Shown here one piece after another: positions 50,207-62,933 of a stretch of DNA of 64,000 bases. The position numbers and the translations under genes are program-made. Below the pieces are notes generated by a model. The model saw only the letters and a program-made list of their open reading frames with translations, was not told the origin of the DNA and made no database searches. Source of the stretch: Mobula hypostoma (Eukaryota); the NCBI RefSeq assembly GCF_963921235.1, contig NC_086097.1, positions 13,020,001 to 13,084,000 on the forward strand, given 5' to 3'. Within the stretch, counting starts at the first letter, position 1, and the number at the start of each line of letters is the position of its first letter.

Positions 50207-50660
50207 CGAGTCTGTGGTGGCCAGTGCGATCATGTTTGCTGTCGTGTGCTGGGGCAGTAGGCTGAGGGTAGCAGACACCAACAGAATCAACAAACTCATT
50301 CCTAAGGCCAGTGATGTTGTGGGGATGGAACTGGACACCCTGACGGTGGTGTCTGAAAAGTTGATTCTGTCTAAGTTGCATGCCATCTTGGACAATGTCT
50401 CCCATCCACTACATAATGGACTGGTTGGTCAGCGTCATAGGAAGTCATTCCTGCCTGTGGCCATCAAACTTTACAACTCCTCCCTTGGAGGGTCAGACAC
50501 CCTGAGCCAATAGGCTGGTCCTGGACTTATTTCATAATTTACTGGCATAATTTACATATTACTATTTAACTATATATGGTTCTATTACTATTTATTATTT
50601 ATGGTGCAACTGTAACGAAAACCAATTTCCCCTGGGATCAATAAAGTATGACTATGACTA
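50207..50660 (+). mobile_element. Rex1/Babar 3' end
   Basis: VVCWGSRLRVADTNRINKLI..KSFLPVAIKLYNSS*; (ATGACT)n tail. Confidence 0.9.
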
Positions 50661-50787
50661 ACTGGTATGACTTTGAACTGTGGGAGGAAATTGGAGCACC
50701 AGGAGGAAATCTATTCACTCGTGGGTCACCAGATTTGAACTCTAAATACTGAGGTCCTGAGCTGTAATAGCGTCACACTAATGGCTA

Positions 50788-51072
50788 CACACACACAGAA
50801 TGCTGGAGGAACTCAGCAGGCCATGCAAAATAGGAAACAGGAAATGTTTCAGGCTGAGACCCTTCCTCGGGACTGGAAGGAAGGGGAGGAGTCAGAACAA
50901 GAAGGTGAGTGGAGGGGGGGAAGAATACAAGGTGCGAGGTGATAGGTGAAACTGGCAGAGGAGCCCGAAATGTCGACTGTTCACTCTTTTCCAGAGATGC
51001 TGCCTGACCTGCTAAGTTCCTCCAGCGTTTTGTGTGTGTTGTTTTGTATTTCCAGCATCTGCTGATCTTCTC
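50788..51072. mobile_element. Inverted pair of Penelope terminal-repeat fragments
   Basis: ACACACAGAATGCTGGAGGAACTCAGCAGG ... CCTGCTAAGTTCCTCCAGCGTTTTGTGTGT. Confidence 0.75.
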
Positions 51073-51481
51073 TCATTTTTGGCACTAACTGCTATGCTTC
51101 TGTGGCACCTGTCTTGCATACTATCAAAAAAAGGGTCATATTTTGGTTAGGGTTGTTGCTATACTATACAGAATATAGAGTGATACTATCGCCAGGTAGG
51201 GTGAGAGAGAAGGAAAAATTAGATAACATCTTATAATTGAACAAAGCCATTTGAAAAGAAGAGTAATGAATAGAATTCCTATTGTCTATTTAGAGCCAAC
51301 ATCCTGGTGAATCCTTTCTGCATTTCTTATAATGCTACCACACGTTTCTTGCAGGGTGGTAACTAGAAATATACACATCCTTCTTTCCAATTTTTTACTT
51401 GTCCATATCACTAAATGTTCCTGAACTTTTTCCAGTCATACAATCCCACCTCGCCCACGTTCCCTCCAGTTCTGACAAAAG

Positions 51482-54000
51482 ACCATAAGGTATAGGAACA
51501 GAATTAGGTAGCTTGGCCCATCAAGTTTTCTCTGCCATTTCATCATGGCTGATCTAATTTTCCTCTCAGCCTCAATCTCCTGCTTTCTCCCTGTATCCCT
51601 TTATGCCCTGACCAGTCATGAAACTATTAACCTCTGCCTTAAATATAAATAAAGACTAGTCCTCCACAGCTAACTGTGGCAACGAATTCCATTGTCCTGA
51701 CGAAGGGTCTCGGCCTGAAATGTCGACTGCGCCTCTTCCTATAGATGCTGCTTGGCCTGCTGCGTTCACCAGCAACTTTGATGTGTGTTGTCCATTGACT
51801 CACCGCTCTATGGCTAAGGAAATTCCTCCTCGTCTCCAGTTTCAGCACATCCTCTCTAAGATAAGGGGCCCAAACATGCTCACAATGCATCAAGTGAGGC
51901 CTCACCAGTGCTTTATAAAGCTTCAACATTACATCCTTGCTTTTATATTCTAGTCCTCTTGAGATGAATGCTAACATTGCATTTGCTATCCTCACGACAG
52001 ACTTAACCGCAAATTAACCTTCAGGGAATCCTGCACAAGGACTCCCAAGTCCCTTTGCACCTGTTTTTTTTTGTATTTTCTCTTCACTTAGAAAATAGTC
52101 AACCCTTTCATTTCTTCTACCAAAGTAGATGACCGTACAATTCCTGACACTGTATTCCCTCTGCCATCTATTTGCCTATTCTTCAAATCTGTCAAAGTCC
52201 TGCAACCTCCGTACTTCCTGAAAACTACCTGCCCTTCCACCTATCTTCATATTGTCAGCAAACTTTGCAACAAAACCATCAATTCCATCATCCAAACCAT
52301 TGACATATAATGTAAAAAGAAATGGTCCCGACGCAGACCCTTGTTCAATACTACTAGTCATCAGCAGCCAACTAGAAACGGCTCCCTTTATTCCCACTCT
52401 TTGGCTCCTGCCAATCAGCCACTGCTTTAGCCAGGCTAGAATCTTTCCTGTAATACCATGGGCTTGTTGCTTAATAAGCAGCCTCATGTGTTGCACCTTG
52501 TCAAAAGCCTTCTGAAAGTCCAAGTACACAACATCAACCAATTCTCCTATGTCTGTCCTGTTAGTTACTTCCTCAAAGAATTCCAACAAAATTGTCAGGC
52601 AAGATTTTCCCTTGACGAAACCGTGCTGACTAAGGCCTATTTTGTCATGTACTTCCAAGTACCCTGAGCCCTCATCCTTAATAATCGATTCCAACATCTT
52701 CCCAACCACTGAGGTCAGACTAATTGGCCTATAGTTTTCTTTCTTCTGACTCTGTCCCTGCTAGAAGAATCGAGTGCAATTTCCCAGTCTTCTGGAACCA
52801 TTCCAGAATCTGGTGATTCTTGAAAGATCATTACTAATGCCTCCGTGATCTCTTCAGCCACCTCTTTCAGTACTCTGGGCTGTATATCACCTGGTCCAAG
52901 TGACTTACTTATCTTCAGACCTTTCAGTTTCCCAAGAATATTCTCTCTACTTAAGTTAACTACACACATTTCATGCACCTGACACCTGGAATTTCCACCA
53001 TACTGCTAGTGTCTTCCACAGTGAAGACTGATGCAAAATACTTGTTCAGTTTGTCCGCCATTTCATTCTCCCCCATTACGACGTCTCCAGCATTGTTTTT
53101 CAGCAGTCGGATATCCAAGCTCGCCTCTCTTTTGTACTTGTTAGCCACGGTTGTCTCATCTTTCCTTTAAAATACTTCTTCCTCATTGGGATATATACAT
53201 CTTCGGTCTTCCCAATTGCTTCCAGAAATTCCAGCCATTGTTGCTGTGCTGTCATCTCTGTCAGTGATCTTTTCCAATCAATTCTGGCCAACTCCTCTCT
53301 CATGCCTCTGTAATTCCCTTTACTCCACTGAAATACTGATACATCTGACTTTAGCTCCTCCTTCTCATATTTCAGGTTGAATTCTATCATATTATGATCA
53401 TTCTCCCCTAAGGGTTCTTTTACCTTAAGCTCTGTAATCAATTCTGGTTCATTGCACAACACCCAATCCAGAATAGCTGATCCTCCAGTAGGCTCAATGA
53501 CGAGCTGCTCTAAATAGCCATATTGCATGTACTGTAAAAGTTCCCCCTCCTGTAATACAGTGCCAACCTGATTTTCCAAATCTATCTGCGTATTGAAGTC
53601 CAACATGATGATTGTAACATTGCTCTTTTGGCGTGCATTCTCTATCTCCTGTTGTAATTTGGAAGCCACATCCTTATTACTGTTTGGGGATCTGTATATA
53701 ACTCCCATCAAGGTCTTTTTACCTTTGCAGTTCCTTAGCTCTATCCACAATGATTCAACACCTTCCATCCCTATGCCACCTCTTTCTAATGATTTGATTT
53801 CATTTTTAACCAACAGAGCAATGCCACCCCCTCTGTCTTCCTGTCTATCCTTCTGATACAAAGAGTATCCCAGGACCTTTAGCTCCCAGCTATAATCTTT
53901 CAGACATGATTCCGTAATGCCTACAACATCATACCTGCCAATCTGCAACTGTGCTGTAAGTTTTTCTACCTTATTCTAAATACTGCATGCATTCAGATAC
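51482..54000 (-). mobile_element. Long CR1 ORF2 remnant (APE, RT, 3' tail; frameshifted, internally deleted)
   Basis: APE YDVVGITESCL..DRGGGIAL..GVIYRSP..DHNMI (53100-53948); RT YLDFQKAFDKV..AKFADNMK (52176-52709). Confidence 0.95.
51694..51729 (+). ncRNA. Minimal type I hammerhead ribozyme motif in a 96-bp Penelope-derived insertion (51695-51790)
   Basis: GTC-CTGACGA-AGGgtctcggCCT-GAAA-TGTC-GAC; TSD TCCATTG at 51688-51694 and 51791-51797. Confidence 0.65.
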
Positions 54001-54002
54001 GT

Positions 54003-55400
54003 AAACACAAAATACTCTGCAGATGCTGGGGTCAAAGTAACACTCACAACACGCTGGAGGAACTCAGCAGGTCGGGCAGCATCCGTGGAAACGATCAGTT
54101 AACGTTTCCAGCCGGAACCCTTCGTCAGGACTGAAGAGGGAAGGGGCAGAGGCCCTATAAAGAAGGTGGGAGGAGGGTGGGAAGGAGAATGGCTGGTAGG
54201 TTCCAGGTGAAAAACCAGTAAGGGGAAAGATAAAGGGGTGGGGAAGGGGAAGCAGGGAGGGAATAGGCAGGAAAAGTGAAGAAGCAATAGGGGAAAACAC
54301 AATGGGTAGTTGAAGGAGGCGGAACCATGAGGGAGGTAGTAGGCAGTTGGGGGAGTGAGCAGAGTGAAACTGGAATAGGGGAAGGGAGGGGGAGGGAATT
54401 ATTGGAAGTTGGAGAATTCTATGCTCATACCAAGGGGTTGGAGACTACCTAGATGGTATATGAGGTGTTGCTCCTCCAACCTGAGTTTAGCCTCATCATG
54501 GCAGTAGAGGAAGCCATGTACGGACATATCTGAATGCGAATGTGAAGCAGAGTTGAAGTGGGTGGCAACTGGGAGATCCTGTCTGTGGTGGCGGACGGAG
54601 CGGAGGTGCTCGATGAAGCAGTCCCCCAATCTGCGTCGGGTTTCACCGATGTAGAGGAGGCCGCACTGAGAGCACCAGATGCAATAGATGATCCCAACAG
54701 ACTCACAAGTGAAGTGTTGCCTCACCTGGAAGGACTGTTTAGGGCCCTGAATGATGGCAAGAGATGAGGTGTAGGGACAGGTGTAGCACTTACGCTTACA
54801 GGGATAAGTGCCGGGTGGGAGATCCGTGGGGAGGGACGTGTGGATCAGGGAGTCACGGAGGGACCGATCCCTGCGGAAAGCGGAGGGGGTGGAGAGGGAA
54901 AGATGTGCTTAGTGGTGGGGTCCTGTTGAAGGTGGCGGAAGTTGCGGAGGATAATGTGCTGGATCCGGAGGCTGGTGGGGTGGTAGGTGAGGACAAGGGG
55001 AACTCTGTTCCTGTTGTGGTGGCGGGAGGATGGGGTGAGGGCCGAAGTGCGGGAAATGGAGGAGATGCGGGTGAGGGTATCATTGATGACGGCAGAAGGG
55101 AAACCACAATCTTTAAAGAAAGAGGACACTTGAGATGTCCTAGAATGGAAAGCCTCATCCTGGGAGCAGATGCGGCGGAGACGGAGGAACTGGGAATAGG
55201 GAATGGCATTTTTGCATGTGGCAGGGTGGGAAGAGGTATAGTTGAGGTAGTTATGAGAGTCAGTCGGCTTGTAGAAGATATCAGTGGACAGTCTGTCTCC
55301 AGAGATGGAGACTGAGAGATCGAGAAAGGGGAGAGAAGTGTCTGAGATAGACCAAGTGAATTTGAGGGCTGGGTGGACGTTTGAAGTAAAGTCGATGACG
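54003..55400 (-). mobile_element. Penelope-like element, 5'-truncated (RT C-terminus, GIY-YIG, terminal repeat)
   Basis: HPALKFT..LPFLDL..YKPTDSHNYLNYTSSHP..IPYSQFLRLRRICS; IIYCIWCSQCGLLYIGETRRRL..EH..PVATHFN. Confidence 0.95.
54095..54134 (-). ncRNA. Hammerhead motif in the Penelope terminal repeat (CpG-decayed)
   Basis: Minus strand TCAGTC-CTGACGA-agggttccggctg-GAAA-CGTT-AACTGA. Confidence 0.55.
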
Positions 55401-55574
55401 TCCAGCTGCCTTAGGGATTCTGCTCTGGATTTGCTGTCTGGGTTTACTCCCGTAGTCTTCATCTCTCCCCAAGGTGTCCACAAGGCAGTGGGGCTATTTA
55501 CCCATAGTGGGGGATCTGGTTCATGAGCACCAGGGCGTGTCCACATGCCAATGAGCCTGCGAGCTACGTGTGCA

Positions 55575-56300
55575 GGGTCCAGAAGCAGGCCCTTCAGCCT
55601 ATCTAGTCCATCCCAAACTATTTAAACTACCTACTCTCATCAGCCTGCATTCGGACTATAGCCCTCCATACCCTTTCCATCCATGCACCTATCCAAATTT
55701 CTCTTAAATGTTGAAATTGAGCTCGCATGAACAACTTGTGTTTCACAAACCCATGGCCCTCTGAGTGAAAACGTTCCCCCCTTATATTCCCATTAAACAT
55801 TCCATCTTTTCACCCTTAACCCATGACCTCCTGTTGTCCCACCCAATCTCAGTGGAAAAAGCAAAACACACAGAATGCTAGAGCAAACCAGCAGACTATG
55901 CAGCACCTATGGAAAAGAGTAAATAGTTGATGTTTTGGGCCGAGATCCTTCATCAGGCCAGGAAAAAAAAAGATGAGAAGTCAGAGTAAGAAGGTGGGAA
56001 GTAGGAAGATGGCAGGTGATATCAGGAGAGGAGGAGAGGTGATGTAAAGAGCTGGGAAGTTGGTTGGTGGAAGAGATAAAGGGTTGAAGAAGGGATAATC
56101 TGATAAGAGAAGGATTTTCAGCATCTGCAGATTTTCTCATCTCAGTGGCAAAAGCTTGTACTTACCCTATCTATACCACTCTTAATTTTGTATACCACTA
56201 TCAAATTTCCTCTCAATCTTTTACATTCCAAGGAGTAAAGTCCTAACCTATTCAATCTTTTCTTATAACTCAGGTCCTCCAGACCTGGCAATGTCTTTGA
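55575..56300 (-). mobile_element. CR1 3' end containing a Penelope-repeat insertion (55863-56138)
   Basis: Same family as 43940-44400; near-perfect TSD ATCTCAGTGGa/cAAAAGC around the insert. Confidence 0.8.
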
Positions 56301-57589
56301 ATTAGTGTTCAACGATCTGGGCCTGATCTCTCTCCCTTTCTCAGTAAAGTGATCTAATGTTGGCTTTTACTTCTGGAAAGTGCCTAGGGATATCTAACCA
56401 CATTAAGGCACTTAATAAGTGTAGACAGATAATAATACAATATCTGATTGTGGACTATGAGATGGGAATCTCTACTACTGGTTGTGGAGTTACCTCAGGA
56501 ATGTAAAGCACTGATTAACTTAACTGACTGTAGATTTAACACCATATACACAGTACCGGACATCAGAAGCTGTTCTACTTCAGTGCATGAGCAGCAATAT
56601 TATTGCATATTTAAATGATTATGCGGCCTTAAATGCATGTATTTTTTTTTGCTCTGCTGCCGATAACAAGTATTGCATATATAGCCTTTGGCTGTATAGC
56701 TTCCAGCTGGCGGAGAGTTAAAAACATCCAAATGGATACATGTTCAAATTAATTCAACTTTATCACACCAAGAGAGAAAATGAGGCAGCCTACTTATGCA
56801 AACAAATATTGACTAATGTAACTGAAGTAGTAAAGGCCAGTGAGAGAAAAGACGGCGACACTTCATAAGGCTGATGCATTCGCTTCAGCAAATTCTTCGA
56901 ACAAATTTAAACAAGCTTCTTTTTTTGGAAGTATCACCCATCACACAGGCTGAGAGAAAAGGGTGGAGGTGGAGAATCAGGGACTGAAAAGTTTACTTTT
57001 AAAATTGTCAGACACACAGCCGAATACAGGAAACACGTGAAAAATTTGAAACATGTGGGTGAATTCAAAATAGTACCTGATCAGATTTCTGCTGTGAAGG
57101 AGCATTACTGGTGAACTCCAGACAGAAACTTAAGTGCCCATAAGAGTAATTGAAAGTCTACAACTAGCTATAGAATGAGTAATGACCCAGTTTAGTTAAA
57201 AGCCTAATAGCCTATTTAAAGAATAGTGATCATGATTTAATTGAGTTCAATTTAAAAAAAAGCAATATTAAACAGCTTGGATTCCAGATTTAAGGGAGGT
57301 GGACAGACAGAGAATTATATTATTTTATGTTATTCTATTTGAGTTTATCATGAAATTGAGTGAGACTGATATGCATCACATAGGATAGAGAAGACCATAA
57401 TTGATATTAATTCCCAGCACTGTGGCATAGATAACTCCACCTTGGATGGTCCCAAGCCCGGCTGTGAAAGGGAGAGGGTTGGGTATGGGGGCAGCAGCCC
57501 TATCCTGAAAAAAACTAGAGCTACAGAAACACCAGCAGAAGGTCCAAAGACCTTATTTATGTTTATTCACTTCGGCCAAATGAGCAGCA

Positions 57590-57760
57590 CTTCCCTGAAA
57601 CCCACCTCTTTGAACCTAGCCTCATCCCAGGACAATGTACAATGACCAACCAACCGGTACGTCTTTGCACCGCTGGAGAAAAAGGAGCATGTGGTAGAAA
57701 CCTCCACACCCACGGGAAGAATGCACAAACTTCTTCCTGACAGCATCGGGAGTGAACTCT
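57590..57760 (-). mobile_element. HE1-like V-SINE fragment
   Basis: ACAATGACCAAC..GGTACGTCTTTG..CACGGGAAGAATGCACAAACT. Confidence 0.65.
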
Positions 57761-57799
57761 GAGTGATACGGAAATGGGTTATGCACTTGTCCTTTAAGA

Positions 57800-58375
57800 T
57801 TGTATAGCTGGGGGTGGTAATGAGGACAACCTTCCGGCTCCTATTAAGTGCTCCCAATCGCATGCGCCTCAAATAACCTCTGACAACCAAGTCCAACTCC
57901 AGGCCTTCATGTGTGGTTTAGTTACTAAGCTCAGGGAATAGCTTCTACTGACAGGTGAAGGGACAAAGGCCAGTTACTGCCGCCTTAATGCCATTTGCTT
58001 TGGGCAGATGGGGCTCATCACCCGTGGTTGGCAGCTCACCTAGGAGAAGGAGAACTCTGATCTCAAACTTCTGCTGCGTTGCAACTATGCCCACTCATAG
58101 GGAAAGTTCAGGAGTAAATCCCAAGGAAAAAATCTGGAATTGGAGTCCCAAAGCCAGTCCTACATTGAGTTCAATGCTGACTGACAGCTCTTGTGACTCT
58201 GCTGGTGCAAAACTGTATCAGTTTCTGCTTTTCCTTGGGGTTCATCAGCTGTGTGGAGAGGGGGTGCTTGGTACACGGGCAACAGCTTGCTCTCCATATT
58301 GTACTGGCCAGGCTTGAGTGTCTAGACAGCTAGGACACAATATTTATGGTCAACCCTGATGAATAGAGGCCTCAT
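57800..58375 (+). mobile_element. RTE-derived bipartite non-autonomous element
   Basis: Collinear with 48640-49212. Confidence 0.65.
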
Positions 58376-58877
58376 CGGGTTATACTCTTAAAGGGTAAAA
58401 TGATTATTTACCAAACAAAAGAGTGATTGATGAATAACAAAGAACAACAATTAGTTAAAAAAAATGATATCCAAAAATGCAAAATCACTTAGATCCTGGC
58501 AACTGGCAGAGATTTAATGAACTGGGAAAAATGACAAAACAGATATTTAGAGTTACAAAAAAGTAGGATGAAAAGAAATTTGGAAGGAATATCAATGTAA
58601 AAGATGAGATGTTCTTATTAAGTGAGGAAGTAGAGTGTATCTTGCGACAACGTGGGCGCTTGAACACTGATATTAGTGATATTATAAACGAAAACAGAGA
58701 AATAGAGGGAATGTGTCAGTATTTTCAAATGAGGAAAATTAGCTGAGGAAATTAGTGGTGAATCAGGGATGTGAAATGAAAGTAATGAAATAAGTAAAGG
58801 GCCCAAAGAGCAACAAATTCACAGGACTCTTTAGTTTCCACCTTTTTGTAAAGGGTGTAGGTGTATTTGCATTTATA

Positions 58878-59425
58878 TACAGTTCTTAATCACTTTATTA
58901 GGTATCTGCTTTACCCAATGAAATGGCCACTGAGTGTATGTTCACGGTCTCCTGCTGCCGTAGCCCACCCACTTCAAAATTCGACATGCTGTGCATTTAG
59001 AGATGCTCTTCTACACACAACTATTGTAAAACGTTGTTATCTGAGTTACTGTCACCTTCCTGTCAACTTGAATCAGCCTGATCTTGCGCATTAACAAAGC
59101 ATTTTTTCTCCACAGAACTGCCTCTCAGTGGATGTTTTATGTTTTTCACACCATTTTCTTTAAACTCCAGAGACTGTTATGCATGTCAATCCCGGGAGAT
59201 CAGCAGTTTCTGAGATACTCAAACCACCCCATCTGGCACCAACAATCATTCCACGGTCAAAGTCACTTAAATCACATTGCTTCCTGATTCTGGTGATTGG
59301 GCTGAACAGCGACTGAACCTCTTGACCACGTCAGCATGCTTTGATACATTGAGTTGCTGCCACATGATTGGATGATTAGATATTTGCATTAATGAGCAGG
59401 TATACAAGTGTATGCAATAACGTGC
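58878..59425 (-). mobile_element. Tc1-like non-autonomous DNA transposon
   Basis: Reverse-complement homologue of 42827-43389. Confidence 0.8.
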
Positions 59426-60238
59426 TTTTATAGTTCTGTAAATATCACAAGACAACAGTATCATTAAGAATCAGCATTTGGTGCTGTTAACCTGTAATAA
59501 AGTACACATGCTTGCTTTGAAACTCCTGGTATATTCTAGAATATTCTTTCTGTTGGAACTTGCTTGCACTCCAATCCTATCTCACAGATTTCCCAGTCCA
59601 TCCACGAATACATAACAAAGTGTGAACTTCTCAGATTCCCTAACTATAATCGTCCAATGTTTCCTTGTTACAGGAATTATTTGTGAATTGGAAAATGTGC
59701 ATTCTGTTATTTCAGAAAGGGAAAAGAGAGAACCCAGGGAATTAAAAGTAAGTTACTCTGACATCTGTTGTCAGAAAATTAGTCTAGCCTGTGATTAAGG
59801 ATAAAGATATTGGATCTCTCAAGATTTTTTAGCTGATTAGACAGAGGCAAGATCACAAATGAAAGCTCATGCTTGATGAACCTTTTTTGATTCAAACATT
59901 GTTTCTTTTTTAATTGCTAAACCTCATGTGAAGCACACTGCAATATCTTTCCTGCACTATTGGTGAAGTAGTGGACAGGGATTGTCCATGGATATCATCT
60001 CTGTGGCTATTGATAAACTCTCTGCAGGTCGGACAGTATGTGTGGAAAGAGAAACAGTATTAACACCGTCAGGTCCAGGCTCTTCATCAGAACAGGGGAA
60101 GAGAGAGGACATTGATCTCGGGTAGCAGGGAGATTGGAGAAAACAACACGAACAATTCCAATAAAGCAGTTAGAAACACATTATGCTACTTTACAAACAA
60201 GGTTCATTAAGGGATCCCTTACTCACTCTTCCTTCAGT

Positions 60239-60276
60239 TAGTCCTGGCGAAGGGTCTCGGCCTGAAACGTCGACTG
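60239..60276 (+). ncRNA. Minimal hammerhead motif (one core substitution) heading a Penelope-repeat insertion to 60370
   Basis: TAGTC-CTGgCGA-AGGgtctcggCCT-GAAA-CGTC-GACTG; stem I, stem II and the GUC site are all present. Confidence 0.6.
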
Positions 60277-60434
60277 CACCTCTTCCTAGAGATGCTGCCT
60301 GGCCTGCTGCGTTCACCAGCAACTTTGATGTGTGTTGCTTGAATTTCCAGCATCTGCAGAATTCCTGTTGTATGCTTTACTTTGTCATTGTTTTATCCTG
60401 TACTATCTCAAAGCACTTTTGTAATGAACTGAGA

Positions 60435-60960
60435 GCAACACATACAAAAAGCCGGAGGAACTCAGCAGATCAGGCGGCATCTATGGAAATGAATAGATGT
60501 CGACATTTCAGGCCGAGACCCTTTGTTAGGATGGGAAAGGAAGGGGGAGATGCCAGAATAAGAAGGTGGACTGAAGGGAAGGAGAACAAGGTAGAAGATG
60601 ATAGGTAAAGGCAGGTGGGCGGGGGCAGAGGATGTGTGATGAAGTAAAATGCTGGGAGGTGATCTGGGGAAGAAGGAAGTTAATAGGAGAGGCGAGTGGA
60701 CCTTGGGAGAAAGGGAAGGCGGAGAGGCACGAGGAAGAGATAATATGCAGGTGAAAAGAAGAGAAGAGGTAAGAGGGGAGCCAGGGTGGGGAATGGAGAA
60801 AAGGGAAAGGAGAGGGGGTAAATTACCAGAAATTGGAGAAATTGTTCATTCCAGCTGGTTGGAGGCTACCTAGACAGCATAACAGGTGTTGCTCCTCCAC
60901 CCTGAGAGTGGCCTCATCATGGCAGTAGTGGAGGCCATAGACCAACATGTGAGAATGGGA
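60435..60960 (-). mobile_element. Penelope-like element 3' part
   Basis: YGLHYCHDEATLRVEEQHLLCCLGSLQP plus terminal repeat. Confidence 0.85.
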
Positions 60961-61624
60961 ATTTGTAAGGAACTGATATGTATAAACAATATGCAAAACA
61001 ATTTTTTCACTGTACAGTGATACACATGACAATAATATACTATTTTACGAACTTACCCTACAACTGAAGGTATTTCTTTCTTTCCACTTCTCTTGTTTCT
61101 TGTTCCGATGAACAGTCTTTGATATGCATCATTACTATTTTTTTACAGATGTCACCAGACTGCTGTCTGTTCATTCCAAGCACTTTTTATTTTTATTTAA
61201 ATTGAATCCAAATTTGCAAACTGGCATAGTGGGATCTGTACTTATTTTCTGACTGGATTATTGGCCAGACCCACTGGATTACAAGTTGAGAAACATAACC
61301 ACCAAACCACCTCAACCATTCCAAAACTTATTATGGCATAACCTTACTGATGATACTTGCAAGCCTCATTTTAAAAACTAGAATTAATATATTGATTGCA
61401 AAGCCATAAAAATCTTTTATAAGGAACAGGTTTATGAATTGCCTTGCAGAGTGCATGGAGTTGAAGTGTTCCCTTTATTGACATGTAAGAACAGCCTTGT
61501 AAAAAAAATGTATTTTTGTGCACAGCTCAAGGTTAATCAATATAAGCACCCTTTCTTGCCTCCATCATCAATTCCTCTCCGAGTCCGTAAAATCATTCTA
61601 TTTGCTTCTCAGAGGAAGACCGTG

Positions 61625-61910
61625 GTGGTTGTTTGTCATGTCTAACGATGACAGGAAACCTGTGCAGGAGAGCTTTTAAAGTGGAAGAGCCGTTACACTG
61701 GGGCAGTTGTACTCTTTTGACCTCTGAAGTCCAGGTCTGGTGGTACGACAAGCGTCACAAACTGGGGTCTTCCTTGGGTGCAGTGGATGACCATGATGTC
61801 TTCTGTGCTTTGTCTTGCCCTTCGCTTTCCAGAAAACATTGTAGTACCGCCTTCCTGGCCATTGGATCTCACTGTAGATATTGACTGCCCAGACTGCCAG
61901 AGCTGACTAC
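61625..61910 (-). mobile_element. RTE-type 5'-region fragment
   Basis: Minus strand CATCCACTGCACCCAAGGAAGACCCCAGTTTGTGACGCTTGTCGTACCAC. Confidence 0.55.
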
Positions 61911-61925
61911 TTATCTAATTTATAT

Positions 61926-62436
61926 AGTCTTAGGTACATATATATAGCTAGGGTACCTAAGACTTTTGCACCGAACTGTATTTGTCAATGTAGAGTGGAG
62001 AGTGAGTTTGTTAAATCAGGTGGGAGCAAAGCAATAGTGAGGGTGGACCGCCGTGGTAGAGATATGAGACAAGTGGCAGAGGAGGAGTGCCAGGGGCAGG
62101 GCATGGCGAGGGTGCAGACACACCTAACCTTGGGACACCAGGAAAGGTTTTTTGATCGGTTTATTGATCATTAGAGAAAGTCTGTCTGGTGCCTCCCTCT
62201 CTCTTTCCCTTTTCCCAAACACGATTCCCCTCTCCCCGCCCCCTTCCCACTCTCAGTCCACAACAGAGACCCATATCAGAATCAGGTTTATCATCACTCA
62301 CACATTTCATGGAATTTGTTTTTATTTTTGTGGCAGCAGTAGAATGCAATACATAAAATTACTACAGCACTGTGCAAAAGTCTTAGGCACCCTAGTTAAA
62401 TAAGATGTATGTGCCAAAGACTTTAGCACAACACTA
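61926..62436. mobile_element. Tc1/mariner-type composite MITE (two inverted mini-MITEs flanking a 385-bp spacer)
   Basis: TIR CAG.ACTGTGCAAAAGTCTTAGGCAC occurs four times (the first truncated); TA at 61979-61980 and 62363-62364. Confidence 0.65.
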
Positions 62437-62933
62437 ATTGTCTCACTTCCTGCTGTTTAATACCTTGAAGGCTTCTAAAGTTTCACCTTTACCTTTGCTT
62501 TCCCATCCCTTCAGCTTGGCACCCGTCTCTATTTCCAGCCCATTACCCATACAGAATATTCACATATGTAGTCTGTCCACCACAGACACATCTCCCTTCA
62601 TATGGTATATCTCCAGGTGTAGTTGGTCCACCACAGACTCATCTCCTTCCAACTGTCGAGGCTTAAAGCTGTGGAATTCCTTCACCAAATATTCTATCTT
62701 TATTTTTGTTCCATTATTCGCTTCATAAATTCTACCAGTTTGATTAGTTCAAAGCAAATTTATTATCAAAGCATATGTCACTGTATATTACCCTGTGATT
62801 CATTTTCACAGTAGAACAGAGAAATACAACAGTCAATAAAAAACTGCACACAAAGATGACAAACAATTGAAGAGCTAAAGAAGCCAAGCAAAAAACAACT
62901 AATAATAATAATAACAACTCATGAATGAAATCA

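Larger units (their letters stand above)
47575..51175. repeat. Old local tandem duplication of an about 650-bp non-coding unit
   Basis: Copy A 47635-48280 is collinear with copy B 48574-50080 once insertions are removed; a junction motif recurs at about 47600, 48241, 50045 and 51134. Confidence 0.85.
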
